Of a stretch of DNA of 64,000 nt, positions 1 to 12,235 are shown piece after piece. The stretch spans positions 1,488,001-1,552,000 of the forward strand of contig JBLDXI010000021.1 of assembly GCA_047495785.1 (NCBI GenBank), given 5' to 3'. Position 1 is the stretch's first letter; each line of letters opens with the position of its first letter. The notes under the pieces were generated by a model. That model worked only from the letters and a program-made list of their open reading frames with translations, was not told where the DNA came from and did not search any database. Position numbers and translations under genes: made by a program. The stretch comes from Lepidodermella squamata. Lineage: Eukaryota; Animalia; Gastrotricha.

Positions 1-1790
1 GAAGGTATGAACAAAAAATGAGAGTCCGGCCAAAATAACCCAATTTTTTAGGGTGGCGCAACCAGAGTGGTCGCAAAATGCGAGGATACTATACGTCTTA
101 CGTCCTTCTGCAAAACGAAGCTGCTCAACTCAACGGCTACCCCAGTGCCAAAGAAATGTGGACAAAGTCGTACATAAACGACGAACCTATGTTTTTCGAG
201 CAAATCGAAGCGGCTTGGCAACAAGTCCTTCCGTTGTACAAAGAACTTCACGCTTTCGTCCGAAACAAGCTGGCAGTCTGGTACCCAACTAAAGACTATC
301 CGTTACCGTCGAGTGGCCACATTCCAGCTCATTTGCTCGGTAATATGTGGGCTCAAGACTGGACAGCTCTCTATGATCTAGTGGTGCCATATCCCAACGC
401 TCCAGCCGTAGATATAACCAAGCTACTCCAGGATAAAAAATGGGACGAGATGGAGTTGTTCAAAGAGTCAGATCGCTTTTTCCAGTCAATAGGACTCGGC
501 CCAATGACAGATGACTTCTGGAAAAACTCGGTTTTCTTGCGCAAGCCGAAGCCGATTGAAATGGTGTGCCACGCCTCTGCTTGGGATTTCAAGCGTCTAA
601 CTGATTTTCGTATTAAAATGTGCACCGTAGTCACGTCTGGCGATTTCCAAACAGTACACCACGAAATGGGCCACGTTCAATACGTAAGCTCAGTTTTGGG
701 ATACCGAAATTACCAATTCTATCTTACTTTATTTTCGCAGTACATGCAATACAAGGATCAACCTATTGAATTCCGTAGTGGAGCTAATCCTGGGTTCCAT
801 GAAGCTATCGGCGATCTCATCGCGCTATCTGTCATGACGCCAGGCCATCTGAAAGCTATCAATCTATTACCTGCTGACTTCAAAGAGGACGAACGTAGGT
901 TCGAGGGATTTGCTCTACTCATAGCTAAGTTGTATGCCCTCTCACAGAAACTTCACTGAATTCTTTGATGAGCATGGCTTTGCAAAAGATTCCTTTCCTG
1001 CCGTTCGGATACCTGATGGACAAATACCGCTGGTCGATTTTCCAGCGTAATACCAGCTTTTCAGACCTGAACAAGGCCTGGTGGGATCTCCGCTGTGACA
1101 TGCAGGGTGTTTCGCCGCCAGTCCCTCGCACCGAAGAAGATTTCGATGCCGGCGCCAAGTACCATATTCCGGCCTCCACCCCTTACATCAGATATTTCTT
1201 CTCCCACATCGCCCAATTTCAGTTCCATCGATCGATCTGTGAAAAAATGGGCTATAAGAAAAACTTCCATCAGGTTGAATTCTGATCAACCTCATTCTTT
1301 ACCATCGATTTCAAATTTTAATTTATTTTCAGTGTGACATCTACAATCAGGTTGAAGCGACGAAAGGTTTCAGGTAATATCCAAATATTCGATTGAGTTT
1401 GATTACTTCGAGGTTCTCTCAGGGATGCTATGGCTCTAGGATCCTCCGTTTCTTATCGAGATGTTATGAAAACTCTGACTGGTACCACTGATCTCGATGC
1501 TTCGGCTATTCTCGACTACTTCCAGCCGTTATACGACTGGCTGAAGGAGCAGAATACCAAGTCAAGTTAGTAAAGTCATTTAACCCACTCGCAATCAAAT
1601 TCTTATTCATTCCCAATTCACAGAGGTAACCGTTGGCTGGCAACCTCAATGCGCACCCGTGAAGCGTAACACGTGCGACTACTCTCATCCAAACGTTCCT
1701 ATGACAACCGCGAAACCTGGCAACGGTGCCGCGCTATTCCAGTCATCCTTCGTTGTTATTCTGGTCGCTGCAATCATTCAACTTTTCTAA
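1..1790 (+). CDS. ACE: Angiotensin-converting enzyme-like peptidyl-dipeptidase (M2), paralog 1; 5' end outside window; GPI-type C-terminus
   Basis: Motifs [45 protein letters not shown] and PYIRYF lie across short GT-AG introns (e.g. 684-740). The last exon reads ...VGWQPQC...GNGAALFQSSFVVILVAAIIQLF*, with TAA at 1788-1790. Confidence 0.95.
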
Positions 1791-2927
1791 CTCAAGTGCC
1801 ATCAGATATAAGATAACTTTCCGATTCAAATGATTTGATGAAGCTTCGGTGAAAAATAAAATTCGAGGCAGATTTAGGTTGAGTCGAAGATTTTGATATA
1901 AGGCGCATATTTCGATTAAATTGCTATTTTACAATGATTAGGCTTGTATGTATAAGCAAACGTGATTTTCATGAGAGCGCCATAAAAAAATGCGCCTAAT
2001 TTATCTATTATAGCTTGAATCTTAAATAATGACGGGCTTTAGGCGCGTATGTAAATAAAGCAGGCAGCTGTTGGCTCGCCGATGAATCGGCGCTTTATTT
2101 TCGCAACCAGACGGGTTCCGGCCATCGATGGGTTGTATTATTTCAGGAACGCTAAGTTACACAAATAATAACGGCGTTGATGATCTTCGTGGAACTAAAT
2201 ACGGTGCCTCGATAGCGTATTACACGAGTCTTTAAATTGTGCTGTTATTATAAAAATCCTTGTCTGTGAAAACGAGAAAAAATACGAGGCGCAATCGTAA
2301 CTCGTCATCGGGCAGGGCCGGCGCCCGCGATACGTGATAAACCGGCGAATATCCAAAGTGTAGACCGACAAACGGCAAGTACACCTTTAACAAACGCAAA
2401 GTAATCCACGTCGCTGCTGAAAAATGATTATAGAATAATCATTATTAATCATTTTTACTGCTCAAGAAGATGTAGTGCTTGGTTTGCCCTACGAATACTT
2501 CCAACAGAACAATGATTGTAACATAAACAGGAAATAGCTATAGTGCTATCTTAGGCTGTGTAGTAAAAATCGGCAATTGAAGTCGCGATGCGGCGCTCAT
2601 TGCAACTCATTTGTTGTCCATCTGCTTCCGCTGTTGTGCTGTGCGGCGATTTTTTCTTCGCGCAATCAGTGCGAACAGATTCCCTCGCTAAATTATCTTC
2701 TACGGTGTATATATGTATGGGGGTGAGCGTGCACCAGCGCCAAATTACAGTTCTATTATTGTCCCGTATTCGCCGAGATGCGGCTATTGTTTTTCCGGCC
2801 AAGGGCGGCGCACGCGTTGTCACGCCCCATTTCCCCCGGGTGACCTAATTTCATTTCAAATTTTCTTCCTCACTTAACGTTCACACATCATGTTATAGCC
2901 GATTTTTTTTCAAGATTTTCTCTAGAC

Positions 2928-5443
2928 ATGAGGCTGTCATCACTGCCGTTGTTTCTTTGCTTGTTCCACATGGCTGGCGCCATCCCTTTGCGGGGTGATT
3001 GCGACGAAGTCATTAACGACCATGCGCGGATCAAGCAGAGTTTAGAAACATGGAGCAAGCAGTTATCAGACGCCTCGATCGAAACAATCGAAGCAGAATG
3101 GGCGTGGTCGAGCAACTTGACCGCTTCACTCCAGAAGATCAAGGCCGAAAAAAGTGCGGCGTTGGCTGATCTGCGGAAAAAAATCTGGCGCGAAGTTGCT
3201 TGCTTCGATTGCGCGGGCGTTTGCACCGAGGAAGAGACTCGTCGTTTGGACAGTTATCGCTACATCGGTACATCAGCCTTGCCCTCTGTGTCATACAAAG
3301 AGCTCTCGCACGTTCAATCTACTATGCAAAACATTTTCTCAAAGGTATTCGAGTTGCCTCAATATTAGGCTATATTTCATATTGAATTTTCAGGCTAGAG
3401 TTTGTGGTCACCCAACAAAATCCGGCTGCTTGCCCCTAGAACCAGGTTAGAATCCAGTATAAAATGTCAGTGCAGATCTCAGCCTATATCCCAAATAGAT
3501 TTATCTGGAATTATGGCGGGATCTAGCGATTATTGCGAGCTGCTGTGGGCTTGGCAGTCTTGGCGAAATCAAACTGGTCGATTGATAAGGCCTTACTACA
3601 TGTATTACGTTCACATGCTCAACGAAGCTGCAGCTATGCACAGGATGAAAGACGCGAAGCAAATGTGGACACGGCCCTATACAACTGATGATCCTGATTT
3701 CTTCAATCAAATAGAAAAAGCGTGGGAAACAGTTCGACCTTTCTACGAGCATCTTCATGCCTATGTTAGGCGGAAACTAGCGGCAAGGCACGGTGTCGAT
3801 AAGCTGCCGAAAACAGGCCACATTCCCGCGCATTTACTTGGTAATACCTTTCTGTTTGTGTTGAAACCAGCTACAACTACTGATGTCCTATGATTTTAGG
3901 CAACATGTGGGCACAGGATTGGTCGAGTTTGTATCCGTTAGTCCGGCCTGATCGCACTGTGGAACCTATCGATATAACTGACTTACTCCATCGGAACGGT
4001 TATGACGTGAAAAAAGTTTTCGAGCTTGCCGATGAGCTTTTCATGTCTATCGGAATGGGGCCGATGAGTGACAAATTTTGGGAGAAATCGATTTTCACGA
4101 AAATTCCCAACGTCGAAATGGTGTGCCACGCCTCGGCATGGGATTTCTTGCGCAACGATGATTTCAGGATAAAAATGTGCGCCCAGGTCGATCAGACTAA
4201 CTTTCAAGTCATTCACCATGAAATGGGCCACATCCAATACGTGAGCTTTCTCACAAGTTCTCAATCTTTTATTAAACTTTATTATTTTCATGTAGTATAT
4301 GCATTACAAGGACCAGCCAATCGAATTTCGCGATGGCGCGAACCCTGGTTTCCACGAAGCTATCGGAGATCTAGTCGCTCTTTCAGTTATGACCCCTACT
4401 CATCTAAAAGCAATTAATCTACTTCCCAGAAACGTCCAAGAAAACGATGGTAAAACGCGAGCTAATTTTCCTGGAAAATTTTCTATTTTTTTATTCAAGG
4501 CGTCTACCTCAATGCTCTAATGAAATCTGCACTGGAAAAAATCGGGTTTCTGCCTTTTGGATATTTGTTGGATAAGTATAGATGGCTGATTTTCGAGAAA
4601 AAGATTCCAATTGAGAATATGAACACTGCCTGGTGGCAAATGAGGTATGTACTTCGTTAATTCTTTTTTGTTTAACCTCACGCTCTTCAATTTAAAGATG
4701 CGACATTCAAGGCGTTTCTCCGCCCGTAGTGAGAACTGAGGAAGATTTTGACGCAGGATCCAAGTTCCATGTTCCCGGCTCTGTTCCATATATCAGGTGA
4801 TGTGCGATTTGGTGTCAAATTCACATTCCTTACCATGTTTTATCCATATTTTTAGATATTTTTACGCCCAAATCGTTCAGTACCAAATTCACGTTGCTCT
4901 GTGCAAGGACATGGGAATCAGAAAGGATTTCCACAAATGCGACATTTATCGGTAAATTTACTCATCTAAGAATGGGCTATAATCTAATTTATTGTTGTGT
5001 AACCTGTTTATTCCAGAAATATTACTGCTGCCAGGCGTTTGAGGTTTGTCCAGCTCTTTTTCAAATAGGACATTTTTAGTTATGTGGCTATTTGCAATAG
5101 GGATGCGATGGCTTTGGGAGCTTCGAAACCTTACCCTCAAGTTCTTCAACTTATGACTGGAAGTGCTAAGCTGGATGCATCCGCCTTGATGGAATACTAC
5201 GATCCACTGATTAAATGGCTTATTCAGCAAAATAAAGGTATTCGCAATTGAAATTTAGCTTCAATTTAACGTCATGTATTCTCGAAAGGATTCCGTCACG
5301 GTTGGGAGGGTGACTGCCTAACAAATATCCGGCCGAATAATTGTCAATTCGGTGAGAAATCGAACAGCGCGACTGCCAATGCAAAACCGAAAATTCTACT
5401 CAGCGCAATAGTCACAGTACTATTGACTTATCTATATGTTTGA
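2928..5443 (+). CDS. ACE: ACE-like peptidyl-dipeptidase (M2), paralog 2; signal peptide and GPI-type C-terminus
   Basis: N-terminal signal peptide [18 protein letters not shown]; HHEMGH and HEAIGD zinc motifs; many short introns. Ends ...[27 protein letters not shown], with TGA at 5441-5443. Confidence 0.95.
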
Positions 5444-5635
5444 AACATCCGTATAGCAAATACCACGAGCAAGCCCAGTGTTTCACAAGTTTGTTGCATA
5501 TCACGTCACTGTTTACTTTATTTGTTCATTTTTGACAAACTTCAATGCTGAGTTCAGTAGAGAACACAAATTTAACTACAAATAGCAATAAAAACGATCG
5601 AAATGCTAAAAAAAACAGTCGAGTTTGAAATTGAC

Positions 5636-8120
5636 CTAGACCTCGTGAGACTCGCCGCTTGCGTCTTCGCAACTAAAAGCTGGCTCAGGGCACGAGCCGT
5701 CGTCCCAGCCAATTTGTATTCCTTCCTCTTGGTTTTTGGTAACCAACCAATTATACAAAGGTTTGAAGTATCGCAGTAAAGGTCCAGCGCTCATTTTATC
5801 GCGCCCGCCAGTAATCAGCTTAAGAGCTTCAGGGAAAGGTTTGGATCGACCAAGTTCGAGCATTTTCCTTAAAAATTTACCAGATACATATTTAAATTAA
5901 GACATCCCATGAAAAAATTCAAACCTGAAATCGGCTGCAGCCTCTGGATTTTCGTAGATGTCGCATTTGTGGAAATCTTCTGTGAATCCAATTTTTTTGC
6001 AGACACTCTCATGAAACTCAAACTGAAGGAATGCAGCCACAAAGTATCTACAAAATATAATTTAATTAGGTCAAGGCTATCTGCACCCACCTGGTGGGTG
6101 TCACAAGGTGACTATTTACACCCAGTGGGTGCTATAATCTTGCTATTTACACCCGAAAAGGGTGTATTTAGCAGCTTAAGAACACCCACTGGGTGTAAAT
6201 AGTCACCTTGTGACACCCTTTAGTGGGTGTAAATAGCCACTTCCATTTAATTAAAGAAATTCAAGATAAGAAAAATTACTCTATGTAGGTGCTGCCGGTA
6301 GCCACATGATTTTTCGCGCCTGCATCGAAATCACTCTCTGACCTCAAAACAGGCGGCGAAACTCCCTGGAGAGAGCACCTCAACTTCCACCAGTTCTCAT
6401 TGAGCTTACTCGTCGGCGTAGTTCCATTGTAGATCCCGTAGCGGTACATGTCGACCAGCAAACCGAAAGGCAAAAACGCAACCTTGAATAACGCTCTCTG
6501 CATCAGTGTGTTTAGAAATATTTTATCAGCATTGTTTTCATTGAAATCAGAATCGTCGATCAGACCCAATTTCTTGAGATGGAGCGGGTTCATAGCCGAC
6601 AGAGCAATCATGTCACCAACAGCTTCGTGAAAGCCAGGATTGGCACCGAATTGGAAAATGAATGGCTGCTTGCGGTAGTGCATGTAATATTGAATGTGGC
6701 CCATTTCGTGGTGAATCGTTTGAAAATTCTGATCATCGACATCAGTGCACATTTTGATTCTGAAATCGTCGCCAGTGAAAAAGTTCCACGCTGATGCATG
6801 ACAGACCATATCGGTATCTGGGCGCTTGGTAAATACCGACTTCTTCCAGAAATTCTCAGTCATAGGTTCCATGCCAATTGATTTGAAAAAATCTTCAGCA
6901 ATGTGAAACAATTTATCAACAGTCACGTTGTTTTTCAACAATTTATGGGTAAGGTTGATAAATTTGGTGTCCGGTTCTGGCAATGCTATATTAATCAAGG
7001 AATCCCAAGTTTGCGCCCACATGTTTCCTGAAATCGGATGACATTAATAATTGCTGGTTTCAACGTAACAGAAAATATATGTACAAACCTAGTAAATGAG
7101 CAGGAATGTGACCAGATGATGGAAACTTATCCCGCCCATACTTCTTAACCAAACGAGCACGAATGAAGGCATGCAGCTGTCTGTACAATGGCGCGACTTC
7201 GGTCCATAGAGTTTCGACTTGGCGAAGAAAATCCGGCTGATCGATATTGTAATCGGCGAGGCACATTTCTTGAGCATTTTTGTAGCCTTTGTCAATATTC
7301 GATGCTTATAAAACTTATTTAAATAATGGTGAAAAAACTTACCATTCTTTATCGAAGCCAGGTTAACGAACGGCAAGTGTTCGATGTACAAGTTTCTCAT
7401 TTTCTTCCCAGTAGCGTCTCTCCATTGTTTCCAAATATTACTCAGTGAGCAGTAATCACCTTGCCTTTGCATCAATTCGGTGAGGTCTGGATTCAATGGC
7501 AAGCAAGAATCGTAACCTTTGATGTCACAGACCTTCGCTGTTGCGTAAATAGACGCCATCTTCTGGGTAATGGGGTGAAACTGTCGAATCATAAAATGCG
7601 AACGCATGATTATCAAACAAAAAATGTTTACTTTGTTAAGTTCATCTTTTGTAAGCACAGAGGAGCCAATGCCAGTTTGGCGAAGTTGAAGTTGCCGTTG
7701 TTCGCTAACTTGGCAACCTGGACAAGCATTAATGCACATGACTTCTTGCCATATCCTCTTATCCACAGCAGCTGCTACAATGCTTGCCGCAGTCTTAGAA
7801 TACAATTGGTATCATTAAGTGCGTGGTCGAAACAAGTTACCTTCCTCTTGGCATTTTCATCTGTGATATTAACAGCCCAGTCCCAATCAGCAGCACCCGC
7901 ATCTACGCTTTGCAAAGAATTCTCGCGATTCCATTCATCAAGTTTTTGAGAAATGTCAACAGTATTCAAGTATTGGCACTCCCGTGCAGTATTCTTTGGA
8001 CAAAATTCATCAAAATAATATAACAGACTATTTGCAGGCGAGCAAACTCACTAATAGAAGCTCTTGGCAAATGCACGAATGAGCCGTGATACATAGGACG
8101 AACAGTAATTTTAAGCTCAT
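5636..8120 (-). CDS. ACE: ACE-like peptidyl-dipeptidase (M2), paralog 3; secreted, no membrane anchor
   Basis: Signal peptide MSLKLLFVLCITAHSCIC from ATG 8120; HHEMGH and HEAVGD motifs. Hydrophilic end GWDDGSCPEPAFSCEDASGESHEV*. Convergent with paralog 2. Confidence 0.93.
6075..6238. mobile_element. 164-bp palindromic (fold-back/MITE-like) element inside an ACE paralog 3 intron
   Basis: GGCTAT...ATAGCC ends; long arms GGGTGTCACAAGGTGACTATTTACACCCAGTGGGTG / CACCCACTGGGTGTAAATAGTCACCTTGTGACACCC. It sits in a 232-bp intron (6279-6048), whereas other introns are about 50-60 bp. Confidence 0.8.
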
Positions 8121-8523
8121 GTTGAAAAAAGCGAATTTATTGATACATGTTACAATGTTCTGATTGTTTTTCGGTGACTGCAAGCATCACATCTCTTTAA
8201 GAGACAGCTGGTATCGAACAGCTGTCAAACTCTGCGTTGTTTGAATTTTCAAAAATTCCCGCTAAGTAGTTTTCACACAGTTTCTAATTACAGTTTCACG
8301 ATGGTCAACATAACATGTTTATATTGCAACAAGTCCATGTGTCAATTTATTTCGAATTTCGGACTTTTTCGAAGAAGGGGTGAGAGAGCTGGTAGAGAGT
8401 TAGGTCTCGGAGTGCCGTAGCTGCGTTTCGCCTGAAGTCTCGGTTCGTTCTCGTTGAAATCTGAAGTTATCGCTTCCCTGAAGTATCGTCTAGTATCGTC
8501 TCTAATCTATATTAAGCTACGAA

Positions 8524-9534
8524 ATGCCTGTTACACACGTTGATTCTGATGAGCTGTTCATGCCGCTGCTGACCAGCGCTGGTGATAAATTGGTAGGTTG
8601 CTTCCGTGTACACTCAAGGCCTTAATGGATTTGAGGATAACTTTGAACTTGTTTATTGGGACACGTTTTATGTTAGGTCGTGGTTGACTTTTTCGCTACC
8701 TGGTGTGGGCCCTGCACAAGAATCGCCCCGACTTTTCAGCAGCTTAGTGATCAAAATCCCAACGTGGTTTTCTTGAAAGTTGATGTCGACAAATGTCAAG
8801 AAACCGCGGTCAGCTATGGCGTTTCTGCTATGCCTACGTTTGTCTTTTTCCGGCAAACTTCTAAGATCGACTCCTTTTCCGGTGCGGATCCCAAATCCCT
8901 CGAGGAGCGAGTTCGTAAATGGGCAGCTACCGCCGTGTCTGGCGAAGAGACTAACAGCGCTTTAAAAGGTCAGATGGACATCAATGCTTTGATCAACTTC
9001 AGCGAGTGCGACGTTCTCAATGTCACTAATGACGCTGATTTGGAGAAATTGCTGAAGAAGGACGCCCATGCTAAGCTGACGTAAGTATTCCACCTTTGTG
9101 TAATGTTCTATACTTCGAACCGTCTCATTGTTATCAGATCTGACTGCGATGAGCAAATACTGCTCACCGTTACTTTTCAACAAAACGTCCGCGTTCATTC
9201 TCTACGCATGTCTGGTCCTCCTGATAGCGCTCCTCGCTCTATTCGTTTATTTATCAATCAACCTGTGGCAATGGATTTCGATCGTGCTCAAAGCTCGGTT
9301 CCAACTCAAGCTATAGAATTGACTGTCGATGATGTCAGCAAAGCCGACGCAATAGTTCCGCTGCAATACGTGAAATTCCAAAATATCAGCAGCATCACTA
9401 TCTTTATTGCTACCAACCAGGGTGGTCTAGATTGCACCACACTCACTCAGTTGCGCTTTTTTGGAAATCCACTGATGACCACCAACATGGGTGAGTTCAA
9501 GCGTATTACTGGCAAGAAGGGTGAATCTGAATAA
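8524..9534 (+). CDS. TXNL1: Thioredoxin-like protein 1 (thioredoxin + PITH domain)
   Basis: VDFFATWCGPC active site, then a PITH domain (SDCDEQ, VPLQYVKFQNI) and the C-terminus MGEFKRITGKKGESE. Two short introns. Confidence 0.95.
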
Positions 9535-9788
9535 GCGATAGCCGTGTGATCGAAACAGTGCTGGTGACACCTAAGCGTTTTGCTAATTTCAAAACTGAAC
9601 TTTCATTTGTCTTTTAATTACGGATTGCTTGGTAACCAAGCTTAGCATCTGCAACATGCAGTCGTTTATTGTAGTTGAATGAGGAATGGTTAATTATTAT
9701 TCTTGACCGACAACTCGATTGAGCGTCGTAAAAGTTATGACTCTTTGAAAAGGAAATTATTTGAGTTTAGAAATCTGTTAATTTGAGG

Positions 9789-11292
9789 ATGATGCAAAAG
9801 GCAGCATGGTCTTTGGCACGTCGCTCGGTTGCTCGAAACGTGTTGAGTGGAACAAAGCCGCTGGTCGCCGCTTCACAGCAGCGTCGGTATGCTGAAACCT
9901 GGATGCCTGATAAGGGTTTCCTGGAACGTTTCATGGGCCCGACTTTGTACCCGCCGGCAGCTCCTGGTACCAAATGGTTGTGGAATCCTGTGAACGGTGA
10001 GTAGTCGTTTGATTTCACGATGTATTTATTTGTGTCTTTTGTTTTAGAAAACGCGCTTGAGAAGGAGAAGATTATTCAAAACATCAACGTTAACTTTGGC
10101 CCAGCCCACCCTGCTGCCCACGGTGTACTTCGGCTTGTTTTGACGCTTGACGGTGAAACTGTTATTCGAGCCAACCCACATATCGGACTGTTGCATCGAG
10201 GCACTGAGAAGCTGATCGAATATAAAACTTACCTGCAGGCTTTACCCTATTTCGACCGTCTCGATTATGTTTCGATGATGTGCAACGAACAATGTTATTC
10301 CCTCGCTGTCGAGAAGCTGCTGAATATCGATATCCCCGAGCGTGCCAAATATATTCGCACCCTATTCGGCGAAATCACTCGTATCCTTAACCACTGCATG
10401 GCCATTGGTAGCCACGCTCTTGATATCGGCGCCATGACCCCGTTGTTCTGGCTCTTCGAAGAGCGCGAGAAATTGATGGAATTTTACGAGCGTGTTTCAG
10501 GGGCTCGAATGCACGCTGCCTATGTTCGTCCTGGCGGTGTTTCATTGGACATGCCCCTCGGCCTCATGGACGATATTCACGATTGGGCGAGCAAATTCGG
10601 CCAGCGACTCGATGAAGTCGATGATATGCTTACCAGCAATCGCATCTGGAAAGAACGCACCGTTGATATTGGTACGCCCTCCATGCTAAATTGTAATACC
10701 TTGTTATTAACTTGACGTTATTTCAGGTGTAATTTCGGCTGAAGATGCGTTGAATTACGGTTTTAGCGGCGTCATGCTTCGAGGCTCTGGCATCAAGTGG
10801 GATCTCCGAAAGGCCCAGCCGTACGATGCCTACGACAAAGTTGAATTCGACGTTCCCGTTGGTCGTACCGGCGATACCTACGACCGGTATCTTATTCGCA
10901 TGGAGGAAATGCGTCAATCACTTCGCATTATCCTACAATGTTTGAATAAAATGCCCAAGGGCGAAGTTCGAGTCGATGATCACAAGATCGCGCCTCCGAA
11001 GAGGGCTGAGATGAAACAGAGCATGGAGGCCTTGATTCATCACTTCAAGCTATACTCCGAGGGTTACCAAGTCCCGCCAGGCGAGACGTACACCGCGATC
11101 GAAGCACCCAAGGGCGAGTTTGGCGTGTATTTGATTTCGGACGGGTCGAGCCGTCCTTACCGCTGCAAAATCAAGGCGCCTGGTTTCGCGCATTTGGCCG
11201 GCCTGCACAAAATGTCGCGAATGCACATGTTAGCCGACGTGGTCGCCATCATTGGAACTCTCGACATTGTGTTCGGCGAAGTCGACAGATAA
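9789..11292 (+). CDS. NDUFS2: NADH:ubiquinone oxidoreductase 49-kDa subunit
   Basis: Arg-rich mitochondrial presequence; [37 protein letters not shown] and C-terminal DIVFGEVDR. Two short introns. Confidence 0.98.
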
Positions 11293-12235
11293 TATTATAA
11301 CTCGTTGAACTTTCTTCCCGATCGTTGACATAGTCCTATACATATGATAAAAATAAAACCTGTAATTCCTCACTTCCTGGTACGCAAGAGCGTATGGCTT
11401 TTTTTAGAAACTGGTGTCACCAAATTCTGATTAAGAATAAAACGCAAAAAGCAGCCTCCTTAACGCATTTATTGTTCGAGCTAGAGAGGATTGTCAAAAT
11501 AAAAAAGCGTTGATTTTTCCACTTCGGCGTTTTTTTTTATCAAGAAATCACCTGGCATTATGCAGTCTATCTTTATTCTATTCTCTACCAATGTTGTTCA
11601 GCAAGGTTCCGTCATCCTGTTCAATAGAAATGCAAGAAGAGCACTCGAATGTGATAGCGAGAAGGCGTAGAGGAGAGATGCAATCAGCAACCAGCTGTGT
11701 CATCATTCACATGATTAGCATCGATTTAAACCGTGAGGTGGAGCACATAACAGTGAGGTAAATAGACTTCAATAATTATATACTTTAATTTATTATAATA
11801 TGTGTATAGATCATTCAGTGGTTCGCATCAGTCATGTACATTGGCATTGGTTTCTCGAAGACAAAAAATAGTCATGTATAGATAGGAAACGCAAATAAAG
11901 CGTGGCCTAGAGTGTTACACGGGTGTCAAATAATAATAATAATATTAATAATATAGAATTTATTGTCGACAAGAAAATTCGCAAATCACCGAGTCAGGTG
12001 TCGCAATAAACTTAACGAAATCAAGAAAAAAACGCAAAGAAGAAAACAAAACAGTATGTATAATATATATATATATATTTCTTTCGCAACATATCAACAT
12101 ATTTTGGCGGTACTGCATTCGCGTTGAACAAGAGACGACGACGAGAAAACGAAAAAAAGAACAATGAATGAGCAAATAATCGCACCGTTAATTATTAATT
12201 TTTGATTGAAAAGAGTTATTTTTAGGGCGATAACC

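Noticed and set aside
6075-6238. CRISPR-like or REP-like repeat array
   Set aside because: Eukaryotic intron, no unique spacers and no cas genes; it is a palindromic element.
11470-12235. K-box, Brd-box, GY-box or miR-9 sites in the HES 3' UTR
   Set aside because: No exact matches found on the sense strand; the TGTGAT near 11650 is on the wrong strand.
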